Shown one piece after another: positions 10,590 through 21,775 of a DNA stretch of 30,748 nucleotides. The notes beneath the pieces are model-generated. The model worked only from the letters and a program-made list of their open reading frames with translations. It was not told where the DNA came from and ran no database searches. The first letter of the stretch is position 1. Every line of letters begins with the position of its first letter. The position numbers and the translations under genes were made by a program. The stretch comes from Octopus sinensis (Eukaryota): NCBI RefSeq assembly GCF_006345805.1, contig NW_021834026.1, forward strand, positions 1 through 30,748, in the 5' to 3' direction.

Positions 10590-10834
10590 TATATACATAC
10601 ACACACACACATGCACACATAGAAAATACACACGTTCGTACGTACACAAACACACAAACACACGTACACACACTACGCCTACATGTTCATTCCTATTTAT
10701 GTATGTGTGTATAGATATGTGTAAAATATTTATAAATATATATATATATATATATACATTTATAATACAAATATATACATATATATATATATATATATAC
10801 TATATATATATACATATACATATATACATATAGA

Positions 10835-10902
<68 letters not shown>

Positions 10903-11125
10903 ATTGGAATGAATGCATATAAATAAATATATTATACATATGTATATTGGTTTTTAGAGTCTGGTATAATTGTAAATATTTATAAATATATATATATATA
11001 TATATATACATATATCTATATATGGATGAATGCAATATAAATAAATATATATATATTATACATATATATATATATACATATATACATAACATATATATAT
11101 TATATATATATATATATATATACAC
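10590..11125. repeat. (CA)n/(TA)n arrays containing a short tandem duplication
   Basis: Directly visible; duplicated anchors GAATGAATGCATATAAATAAATATAT and ATGTATATTGGTTTTT(A/C)GAGTCT. Confidence 0.85.
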
Positions 11126-11577
11126 GTATGTATATTGGTTTTTCGAGTCTAGTACTTTAATTTTCATAAAATCTTTATCTGGAACCGTTTAATTTCCATA
11201 CGGACATTTAACACCGTCTTTGATAAGTCTAACAAGTTTCTTTAGATTCTTATCCAGTCAAAATTTGGAAAAGCTTCTAGGCTGATGATATTCCACTGTC
11301 GCTTCTGCTCTCGTTCCTACTTTCTTTCTTCCTTCGGTTTCTTTCTTTTCGTCATCTTCTTATTTTCACCATTGATAATATTGATGCTTTCACAAAGATG
11401 TACTTTTTTTTACTTTCTCTTTCTTTCTTTTCTTTTATTCCTCTCCCTATTATAATCTTCATATCGCCATATTCCTCGCTTTCACTGCCTGTATTATATT
11501 GATCGTCTGATAATGCAAGACAAGATGGATGTATGTATTGTAGTATCCTATCGCATTTTCTTTTATTTGTTGTTTGC

Positions 11578-11662
11578 ATGGTGATGGTGGTGGTGGTGGT
11601 GGTGGTGGTGGTGGTGGTGTTGCAGGAGGAGGAGGAGGATTTCAGTAATGGCGGTGGCGGCG
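11578..11662. repeat. (TGG)n-(GGA)n trinucleotide repeat
   Basis: Directly visible; explains the poly-His in ORF 11563..11883. Confidence 0.9.
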
Positions 11663-11793
11663 GTGGTGTTCATTTTAATTCGAACAAAATTTATCTTGAT
11701 TAATTTGACAGGCTGAAGAGAATAATTCATAATAAGTATTTCTATATTTTTCATTTGCGTTTGTTTGTTTCTCTTATATATATATATACATAT

Positions 11794-11857
<64 letters not shown>

Positions 11858-11888
11858 ATATATAAACATATATATATATACAAACATA

Positions 11889-11934
<46 letters not shown>

Positions 11935-12242
11935 TTACATATGTATATGTATTGTTTGTTTTAGTTGCATTCTTCTATGATGTCTCAACCACATTTACTT
12001 GCACAGCCCCTCAACTCCTCAGCATTTTGTAAATTATTCATATTCATTAGCGTATATGTTACTCTGGAGTCGAGATTATATATTTGACGTTTCATGTACA
12101 CGGACAAACAAAACTCGAATGCGAACCACGCATACACACATTCAGAGGATACAAAGTAAACCACACACGCATAACAACGCATATAGAAAGGATATGTGTG
12201 TGTGGTGTGTGGTGTGTGTGTGTCGTGTGTGTGTCTGTGTGC

Positions 12243-12280
<38 letters not shown>

Positions 12281-13562
12281 GGTAATTAAATTAATTATAT
12301 ATATAATGGTAATTAATATATATATATATATTATATATATATATAATGGTAATTAAAAAAGACACCACCATCACCACAGATATATACTACAAACACACAG
12401 ACACACATCAATACCTAAATTTTAAGTCGTGCCATCCACCACATACAAAACGTAACATCCCATACTGCCTAGCCAGAAGAATTTGTACGATTGTAGAAGA
12501 TGCAAATATCAGGAACAAACGCCTAATAGAACTAAGAGATTTTTGCTCAAACAAAAATACCCATCTCTACTTATAGAAAATGGCATACAGCGGGCTATAA
12601 AAATACCCATACAACACCTTAGCCAACGGAAGAGGAAAACAAGAACAAGTCATACCATTCATAGTGACACACAACCCATGTCACCAGAATATCTTCAACA
12701 TTGCCAAAGCAAACCTACCAATCATTGCCCAAATTAATGAATTAAAAAAGACATAATCACGGATCGAGCTATGGTGCTTAGTAAAAGACAGCCTAAAAAC
12801 TTGAAAACATACTAACAAAGGCAAAATTTGACCTCAGCAACAAGACCAAACATTCACGGTATCTAAATGCAATGATAGCCGATGTGGCACATGCCATTCA
12901 TACATACCGGTCAATATATATAAACACAAAAACCGGGAAAATATTCACAAACGCCAATATGAACTGCAAAAGCAGAAATTTAAGTTACTGCATCAAATGC
13001 CCAAATTGTGAAGAAATATATGTAGGTCAGACGGGAAACGCACTATTAGAACGCTCACGTGTACACCGGCAACAGATTAGAGACCCAGAGGTCCGTCAGA
13101 TACCTTTGAGTAACCACCTAGCAACATGTGGTCGGAAAATGTATATAATGTATATAATATTTCCGTTCAGCCCAAGTGAAATCGAGAGGAGAATCAGAGA
13201 AAAGAATTTTATTGATAAATTCGAACCCAAGCTAAATAAGCAATAATAATAATACTTAGAGGTATTACTTCCACTGCTACGACCATGACCACTAACAACA
13301 ACAACAATACTAAAGGTGATCAAGATGAAGATAGCAGGAAAATTATCTTATTTAGGGTTAAAAGTTCTATTGCCACCACCATCACCACTAGCAACAATAA
13401 TTAAGGTGCTGACAATGATGATGATGAACATTGAAATATAAAAATATAAAAATCTCTGACAAAGGATATTTACAACATTTCTAAAAATAACCCAACAATT
13501 GCTGCTTCGGCCAGGGTCAAGATACAGGACTCTTTACATGTCCAACAAGCGTGATGCCTAAA

Positions 13563-13679
13563 CCAATCAGCTCAACCAACCAATCAGCTAAGTAATTATT
13601 GAGTGATACTACACACTGATTGGTCAGAATACAGTTTGCAAAACCTAGCATTCTCGAGCCTCTCCCAGCTGTATTTATA
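13563..13679 (+). promoter_or_regulatory. Possible Pol II promoter module in the Penelope pLTR
   Basis: CCAATCAG at 13563 and 13580, inverted CTGATTGG at 13616-13623, and TATTTATA at 13672-13679 (TATAAATA on the minus strand), ~65 nt upstream of the hammerhead. Motif presence only. Confidence 0.3.
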
Positions 13680-13742
13680 GCACAGAATCAATCATCTTGC
13701 TACAGTCAAAAATTGTGAAGCATGACTGTCACCACTACTACA

Positions 13743-13787
13743 TGAACCCGAAGATTGCAGAATTCAATGCATGAAAGTACTAGTTCA
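13743..13787 (+). ncRNA. Minimal type I hammerhead ribozyme (U4C variant) in the Penelope 3' region
   Basis: TGAAC-CCGAAGA-TTGCA-GAATTCAA-TGCAT-GAA-AGTACT-A-GTTCA. Stem I has 5 perfect bp; stem II has 4 bp plus a T.T mismatch; stem III is the palindrome AGTACT; the cleavage triplet is CUA. It is on the same strand as the PLE ORF, ~500 nt after the stop. Confidence 0.75.
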
Positions 13788-13949
13788 ATCAGAATGAAGA
13801 TTTAACATTCTACTATTTCATTTTATTTTATTCAGTTATAATATATTATCTTATAATATATCATTATAAGATTGTAAATAAAACGTGAAAATCAGACAAG
13901 GTTGGAATTCTTTTTATTAATATATTCTTCTATACACAATCACTCACAC

Positions 13950-13990
<41 letters not shown>

Positions 13991-14249
13991 TACATATGCA
14001 CACACATACATACATACATACATACATACTAATATATATATATGTATATATATATATATATCCATATATATATACACATATATTATATATGCATATGTAT
14101 ATGTGATGTGTATGTATCTATATGTATATATACATATATACATATTCATATGTATATATATATTCATATATTATGTATGTGTTATATGTTAGCATGTACA
14201 TGTATGTATATGTTATACATATATATATATATATTTATATATATATAAC

Positions 14250-14333
<84 letters not shown>

Positions 14334-14376
14334 GGATAGATAGATAGATAGACTGGTAGATAGATAGATAGATAGA

Positions 14377-14410
<34 letters not shown>

Positions 14411-14672
14411 GCATATGTATGTGCATATATATATATATATATTTATGTATGTATATATATATATGCGTGTGTATACATACATTTATCAATTGATAAATAT
14501 ATATGTACACATTAAACATACTATATGCCATATACACGTATACTATGTAGATTTTTATGCATATTTATATGTTTACGTATCTATGTATGCATATATGTTT
14601 GCATGTGTACGTACGGGTGGTTTTCGGTATGCATATATGCGTGTGTTTTTATGCTGATGTGATTATATCTAT

Positions 14673-14726
<54 letters not shown>

Positions 14727-14760
14727 GTACGTACGTACATAAAGACGCACGCACCCACAT
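13950..14760. repeat. Compound (TA)n-(TACA)n-(GATA)n-(TA)n array
   Basis: Directly visible; (GATA)n ~14285-14408. Confidence 0.92.
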
Positions 14761-14949
14761 ACACACACGCAAAGACTGTTGAACAAAGTATTCGATCCTC
14801 ACTCATTTGCAAAAGCCATCCAATTATTATTGGATCCATAAAAAAATTAATAAATATATTTGCCTTAATGTCAAATGTAGACAACTAAATTCCAAAACAA
14901 CTCGAAAGCGACAATTCTCACGAATCCTTTACCTATTTATTTAATTTGT

Positions 14950-15981
14950 TTCATTTTTATTTTATCTAGTTTCGGCTCACGAGCTGTGGCCATGCAGGGG
15001 CACCGCCATTTAGTGTTACCACATAATTTTACTTTACGAATGCTTTTTAGGAATTGACATTCGGTGCATGAGAACTTTGATGCAGCTGCCTTCATTTGCA
15101 CCTCCTGCCGCGAAGTTGGTTCATCTGGGACACTTGACACTAAGAGGTCCAGCTTTATTTTGAAGACACCTACATCCACCCCATGCAGGTCTCTCGGGGT
15201 CCTTCGGCAGGATATTGAAGAGTTGTGGACCTCTGAAGCCCAGGCTATTGCAGCATATTGTCCTACATCTTGATGGAAAATTTAGAGTCCTTGGCACTAT
15301 GCAGTAGCGCCCAGTTCTAGTATTTGTGTAACTCTCCATGCCAAATTTTGGGACAAGTCCTTCCAGGATCTTCCAGACATATATTATGGCATATCTTTCT
15401 CGCCTATGCTCTAAGGAATAGAGTCTTAATCTCTTGAGTCTTTCCCAATAGCTTATATGCTGCACAGAGGCTATCTTCTTCGTGTAGCTTCGTTGGATTA
15501 CCTCAAGTTCTGAGATTAATTTGACACTGGTTGGTGACCATAGCTGAGAGCAATAGTCAAAGTGGCTTAGGACAAGTGTCCTCCAGAGGACCATCATGGT
15601 TTCCCGGTCTCTTGTTCTAAAAGTTCTAAGAATCCATCCGGTCAGCCGCCTACATTTCATTGCCAATTTAGTAACATGCACTTGGAAGGATGCATCATTA
15701 CTCATATAAATGTCCAGGTGTCACACTGAGTGTCCCTCTGGGATTCCAATACCTTCAGGTTCAGTGTATTTAATTGGTATTGCATTTAGTTTTGCATGCT
15801 AATAGCACAAGGCTTGAAACTTTTCAGCATTAAACGGCACAAGCCCACTTGTATATTTCATCCAGCTCACATTGCAGATGCATAGTGTCTGCAGGGTTCT
15901 GTATTACCTGTGAATCTTTTGTATCACGTGCATTACTTCCGATCGTGGCTCTCTGTGTGGCTGAGGGCAAAGTCGAGATAT
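14950..15981 (-). mobile_element. 5'-truncated CR1-clade LINE: end of RT to 3' tail
   Basis: ORF 15121..15705 (GWILRTFRTRDRETMMVLWRTLVLSHFDYCSQLWSP...SYWERLKRLRLYSLEHRRERY...GPQLFNILP) and ORF 14937..15179 (FKIKLDLLVSSVPDEP). The RT YADDTK motif is decayed to NARDTK near 15920-15937. The 3' motif is GGCGGTGCCCCTGCATGGCCACAGCTCGTGAGCCGAAAC (14969-15007). Confidence 0.92.
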
Positions 15982-15994
15982 ATCACTTCTACAT

Positions 15995-16092
15995 TTGAGT
16001 GGTTGATCAGCTGTTTCAGCACCCAGAAAATTTTATTCACAAAAATGAGGCTTGACCAAAAAAGGTCGAGATATTTGTGAAGTTAAACATGT
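15995..16092 (+). pseudogene. Possible hAT transposase C-terminal dimerisation-domain scrap
   Basis: With frameshifts it reads CFSTQKI..TKMR..LDQKKVE.IFVKLNM, resembling the hAT pattern ERxFSxxxxIHxKxRNRLxxxKVxKLVFxxxN. Short and degenerate. Confidence 0.35.
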
Positions 16093-16476
16093 TAAAAGAA
16101 GACCTTAAATCCCATTATAGATTCAGACTTCCCCCAAACCCAAACATCGATTAATATCTTACGGGTTCACTTGAGATCAGGTTCCAAGTTTGGGTTCACA
16201 CGCTCCAAAAACTTGAGATATTTATGAAGGAGACGTGAGTCCAAAGTACCCCAGGCAACAATAGTACCTCATGCATGATTTGATGCAGCAGGCTTGAAAT
16301 TAAGGAAATACAATGCAACACTGGTGCTCCATAGATGCCCTCCAGGTTATTGATTTGAAAGAGGGATGGTCAATTAAGGAGTTCACTGCAATGTCACCTT
16401 TGAAGTTTTATCTTTCATAATATCGTTTGACAAGGGAGATAACAAAAATTGTAATACACACACACACACATATGTA

Positions 16477-16689
16477 CAGTAATCCTTCGCCATATCGCGG
16501 TTCACCTATCGCGGTTTATTATTTAAGCTTACGTTGATTCTTCCCTGGTGTTGTTTTGCATTTATAATAAAATAAATATAAACACATTATAAAAATAATA
16601 ATAAAAGATATACAGTACAGTACTGTTTCTACTTCGCGGATTTTCACCTATCACAGAACTTAACACCCGCGATAGTCGAGGAATTACCA
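16477..16689. mobile_element. Tigger/pogo-like MITE
   Basis: Left end TA|CAGTAATCCTTCGCCATATCGCGG; right end CCGCGATAGTCGAGGAATTACCA|TA. These are imperfect TIRs with TA flanks. Confidence 0.75.
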
Positions 16690-16737
16690 TATACGTATAT
16701 ATATATAAATGTATAAATGTATATATATATATATATA

Positions 16738-16963
16738 TTCTTTTTGTCTCTTTTACTTGTTTCGGTCATTTGACTGCGGCCATGCTGGTGCACCGCCTTT
16801 GATCGAGCAAATCGACCCCAGGACTTATTCTATGGAATCCAAGTATTTATTTTATCGGCTATTTTGCCGAACCGCTAAGTTACGGGAACGTAAACACACC
16901 ACCGTCGGTTGTCAAGCGATGTTGCGGGGACAAACACAGATACACGTACACACACACAAACAC

Positions 16964-17047
<84 letters not shown>

Positions 17048-17195
17048 GACGGGCTACTTTCAGTTTTCGTCTACCAAAGCCACTCACAAGACTTTGGTCA
17101 GCTATAGTAGAAGACAGTTGCCCAAGGTGCCACGCAGTGGAAATGAACCAAGAGCCATGTGGCTGGTAAGCAAGCTACTAACCACACAGACTCTC
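16738..17195 (-). mobile_element. tRNA-derived SINE, family B (internal microsatellite, CR1-type 3' tail), near full length
   Basis: Minus-strand head TGTGTGGTTAGTAGCTTGCTTACCAGCCACATGGCTCTTGGTTCATTTCCACTGCGTGGCACCTTGGGCAAC; internal (TA)n(TG)n; tail GGCGGTGCACCAGCATGGCCGCAGTCAAATGACCGAAACAAGTAAAAGAG. Homologous to 24050-24260 and 28292-28667. Confidence 0.9.
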
Positions 17196-17196
17196 T

Positions 17197-17281
<85 letters not shown>

Positions 17282-17504
17282 GGCAGGGGCGGTGTGTATT
17301 ACCTGAAGCCTACGAAACTATAAATTGTGTGAGGCCGAATCAAACTGCTTTAAATAATAATATAATAATATAAGTAACTCTAAGTAAATGTGTTGTGTTC
17401 CTCTCCTTCGTTTATATTGACGAGTAAAATATTACTGATTATCGCATGTTACAGGACACACTACTGGTTTCAAATTTTTTTGTAAAGGGTTAGCAATTTC
17501 GGAA

Positions 17505-17820
17505 AATTGGATAAGTCAATTATGTCGGTAGTATTTGAACTCGGAACGTAAATACAGGCGAAATGCAATACCTATTTCTATTTCTTTACTACCCACAATA
17601 CCCACAATGGGCTAAACACAGAGAGGACAAACAAGGACAGACAAACGGATAAATTCGATTGTATCGAACCCAGTGCGTAACTGGTACTTAATTTATCGAC
17701 CCCGAAAGGATGAGAGGCAAAGTCGACCTCGGCGGAATTTGAACCCAGAACGTAACGGCAGACGAAATACCGCTAAGCATTTCGCCCAGCTTGCTAACGT
17801 TTCTGCCAGCTCGCCGCCTT
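17505..17820 (-). mobile_element. tRNA-derived SINE, family C, full copy followed by a truncated second unit
   Basis: Minus strand: GGCGGCGAGCTGGCAGAAACG (A box), GGTTCAAATTCC (B box), GCCTCTCATCCTTTCGGGGTCGATAAATTAAGTACCAG central block. The tail GTGGGTAGTAAAGAAATAGAAATAGGTA is joined to ATTTCGCCTG..TACGTTCCGAGTTCAAAT. Confidence 0.9.
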
Positions 17821-18189
17821 AACAGAGCGCAATATTACCATCAATTTTGCGCCGATATTGCCACTAGACCATTCGTTATACATGCTAGCCACAAGTGCCC
17901 TAACCTCGCTTGTGCTTGATTTGAACTTCTAAGTGTTAAACTATAACTGTTTCCATTTAGTTGTTAACATTCATTATTACAATATCTAAAAATGCTAAAT
18001 ACGCTTGAATGTATTCCATAGCGAATTAAATACTTTTCTTTCATATCACATTAAGTAATATTTGACGTTCATTTAAAATATTATGCCTGGGAGAAAGAAT
18101 GCAATTGCTTAAGAAAAAAATCATGATTTATCTGCAAACTTCGAAAATGTCATCATTTCAATGTATTTATTAATGTGTTTAAAGATTGA

Positions 18190-18440
<251 letters not shown>

Positions 18441-18664
18441 ATATAGAAAATATTATATATGTATTAAAAGATTATACTCTTCCGCTACATTATTTACTTC
18501 ATTTAAGATTTAAGTAGTGACTCTAATGCTTATCAATGCTTTCTACGTATTTTCCTGTAAGATAATAAAAACTTATCCATGTAAGGACACTGAGCTAGGA
18601 CAGCTAGAAAGAAAAAAATACGAACAAAATGTACGTTTCCACGAATTAAAATTTACGATGTCTT

Positions 18665-18910
18665 CGGGAGATATGTGTTAGCGTGTGCTTTGCTGCATGT
18701 GTATTTATGCGTATATGTAAGTGCATGTGTGTAAATGCGTCGTGCGTGAGTGTGTTTATTTCCATGTGTGTATGCAATTTTGCGCATACGTGTGTGTACT
18801 TGCTTGTGTGTGTGTGTGTGCGTGCATCCGTGCATGTATGGGCGTGCACGTATGTGCATGTGAGTGCGCATGCCTGTATGCGTATGCGTGCCTGTTAATG
18901 AGTGCATGTG
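18665..18910. repeat. Degenerate (TG)n/(TGCA)n alternating purine-pyrimidine tract
   Basis: Directly visible. Confidence 0.85.
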
Positions 18911-19989
18911 CTGCAGTAATTACCAAAGAGATGATTTATTTCTTAGTTTGGGAAGATCGACCCGACCCAATTTCGATTCTCGGTGAGACGAAATTTACTT
19001 CTTTCTTTTCGCCTGTAATAAAAACCGGAATATCATATTACAATTCTTTATTCTATTGTTGTTGTTGCAGTTATTGTTACTGAAAACCAAGCAAATATGT
19101 TGTTTTGTTATTGGCATCGTACCAATTCACTTCAAGATATCGTCAGAATAATATAAAACAGATATGTCTATTCCAGAATATGAGTTTGTTAACTTTATAG
19201 ATGTGTTTTGCTAGCTGGTTAGCTACACGTAGACACCAGATGTAATCTATATATATATTTTCAATTGGTAAATATCCTGCTAGTCTTTTAGCGGAATATA
19301 GTTTACGCTGAAATAGATCTTGATCATATTTTGGTCGAAACTTAATTGACCATAAGAAATAATAATAAACTAATAACTTCTACGAATGGGAAGTCGAATA
19401 ACATAATTGTTACATCGACCAAATAATTTACTTTAATACATCCAATTTTTGGTGTTCAGCGTTCGAGTCTTGTCCGGGGTTAATAAATGAAGGAACAGAA
19501 TCAGTTCTCCTTTTTTTTTCTATAAAATATGACTCCCTCAAATTCTCACTCATTTCGGGAAATGGAAACGAGTTGTAGTAGACGTTAGAAATATCTTCCT
19601 ATTTCCTTTGGCAGAAAAAAGATTTAAATAGAAGATAACACGGTTGGTGTAGAGAAGAAGTCTATGTGTTGATCTCTTCCCAGCAGAAAACAGTATTTCA
19701 CAGAAGTACGCCGTTCCCTCCTTTCAACCATCGCAAAAATCGACGAACAGAGGAGAAGTACTGAAAAACGAAGACACGCCAAGTGGCAGTATTACCCCAC
19801 TGCACAACGCCGGTCGGCAGGCTGATGCCTGAGGGTCCCATCAAGTGATTTCTACCGGCGGAAACCTTAACTACAACAGGCTTGTCCAACAGAGAACGTT
19901 TCCGGTTACTTTTGGGTATCCCTTCTTATGTCACACAGTGCAAAGATGACGATAGAAATGTGTGTGCGATAGAGATAAATTTAAACGAA

Positions 19990-20140
19990 CACTACTCACA
20001 CACACACACACACACACACAACAACAACAACAACAACAACAATAATATTAGCGCACAACACTCATTCATACACAAGGATGACAATTTGCTCTGTGTGTGT
20101 GTGTGTGTGTGTATGTGTGTGTGTGTCTGTGTGTGTGCGC
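19990..20140. repeat. (CA)n, (CAA)n and (TG)n microsatellites
   Basis: Directly visible. Confidence 0.9.
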
Positions 20141-20734
20141 GAATTCGCGGTAGGTGTCTATATTCGCATGCATTTAGCGTTCGCATAAGCGTGTGCCTTG
20201 TATGTGTGTAGGTATGTTTGGACGTAAGTACAGAGTTTTTTTTTTTCCAGTTACCTATTATCTCTGTGTTTCTACCTTTCTTCATAAAATATGCGTAAAG
20301 ATATTTCCCTGAAACGGGTGTTATCAAGTGCATCTTGAGTTAATTTATTACCGAAACGAAGTTTAGGGGTGTTACAACGGACAAAGATCGTAGAGGACGA
20401 CAGCAATAATGAAATCAAAAGCGGCAGGAAAGATATAGGAAATGATTGGGGAAAAGGCAAAAGGAAGATTTGAGAATTAGGAATAAAGAAGGGAGAATAT
20501 GGAACGATAGGAAGCATTAACTAATGAGGAAAAGAATGAAATTCGTACACGAAATAGAAGTAGAACATATTGAATGACAAAGTTGAAGAGGATAGGAAAA
20601 TTTGAGAATTGTTAATCAAGGAAGAAGACGAAATAAAATTCCTATTTTAAATAATTGTATATGAAAAAGGGTGCTCAATGTTTGCAAATTTTTAAACATA
20701 ACAAAGAATTAATATGTTTCGTTAGATAGAAAGA

Positions 20735-21440
20735 TCGAAGCTGAAGTTTCTCTTTCTCTTTACAAACATCATTAAGATTTTGAAGTTACTTGATTACCCG
20801 TTCTGCACTCGGATTTATTCTGAGAATATCAAGTTTCGAAGGTTCTCGACTCCCAAAGTCTTTTACAGAGTTCAATGCTTTTTTATGAACTTGCAGGCTA
20901 CCACATAACTTCTGATAACCACATTTGGTCCGTAAACCAAAAATCTACCCAGCTGTAAGAGATGAGTCGATAAACATTAAGGCACAAAACTATTTTCTCT
21001 GGTAGAAGAATAAATGCCAAAAGAGCTAGTATTGCTCGATAATTCCATCTTGCATTACTTAAGTTGGGTATTTTTGGAAAGTTTGCAGTAGGAAATGTTC
21101 AGGTTTCTTCAAAGAAACGAATAACTCTGGTCAAATAAAATAGAAATTTCATGTCATCTCGCCATCCTGCTGATTCAATAATCTTTTCTTCACCATTGTT
21201 GAAATTAGCCTGGAGTTTCTCGTAATTACTTAGAAGTTCAGGGATGAATGTATATTCAATATTGGGAATGACTTTTTCTCCAAGTTCGTTATCCATTACA
21301 ACACGAAAATCTCAATCAATGAATTGCGGTTCTTTCAAACAATTTTGAGCAAACAGTCTTTGCAACTGAATGACAATGCCATTTCTTTTCCCAGTGTTCA
21401 TACTCGCTGTATCAGTGACAACCATATTTACGCAGTTCCA
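20735..21440 (-). pseudogene. Decayed DDE DNA transposase, hAT-like (hATm-type DTxSxNTG signature)
   Basis: Minus strand: NMVVTDTASMNTGKRNGIVIQLQRLFAQNCLKEPQFI (DTASMNTG at 21390-21413); ORF 21099..21296 (MDNELGEKVIPNIEY...GWRDDMKFLFYLTRVIRFFEE); PNLSNARWNYRAILALLAFIL; SAERVIK (AER at 20798-20806). The usual CxHH segment appears deleted. Superfamily assignment is from recalled motifs. Confidence 0.6.
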
Positions 21441-21460
21441 TAAACTGTATTCATCTAAAA

Positions 21461-21775
21461 CAGCGCGTAACTGGTACTTAATTTATCGACCCTGAAAGGA
21501 TGAAAGGCAAAGTCGACTCAGAACGTAACGGCAGATGAAATACCTATTTCTTTACTACCCACAAGGGGATAAACACAGAGAGGACAAACAAGGACAGACA
21601 AACGGATTAGGTCGATTACATCTAATCCAGTGCATAACTGGTACATATTTAATCGACCCCGAAAGGATGAAGGGCAAAATCGACCTCGGCGGAATTTGAA
21701 CCCAGAACGTAACGGCAGACGAAATACCGCTAAGCATTATCGCCCGGCGTGCTAACGTTTCTGCCAGCTCACCTT
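21461..21775 (-). mobile_element. tRNA-derived SINE, family C, full copy plus truncated second unit
   Basis: Near-identical to 17570-17820. The tail ...GTAGTAAAGAAATAGGTATTTC runs into ATCTGCCGTTACGTTCTGAGTCGACTTTGCCTTTCATCCTTTCAGGGTCGATAAATTAAGTACCAG. Confidence 0.9.

Larger units (their letters stand above)
12346..13900 (+). mobile_element. 5'-truncated Penelope-like retroelement (Neptune-type): RT thumb, Cys linker, GIY-YIG endonuclease and 3' UTR/pLTR; frameshifted
   Basis: TDIYYKHTDTHQYLNFKSCHPPHTKRNIPYCLARRICTIV (ORF 12346..12576); KQKYPSLLIENGIQRA; SKCNDSRCGTC (~12865-12897); NMNCKSRNLSYCIKCPNCEEIYVGQTGNALLERSRVH (12980-13033 core); REKNFIDKFEPKLN* (stop at 13244-13246). The 3' boundary is approximate. 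Confidence 0.93.

Noticed and set aside
11352-11883. Poly-His ORF and adjacent 75-aa ORF as a host gene
   Set aside because: Explained by (TGG)n/(GGA)n and purine-rich low-complexity DNA; no splice structure or domain.
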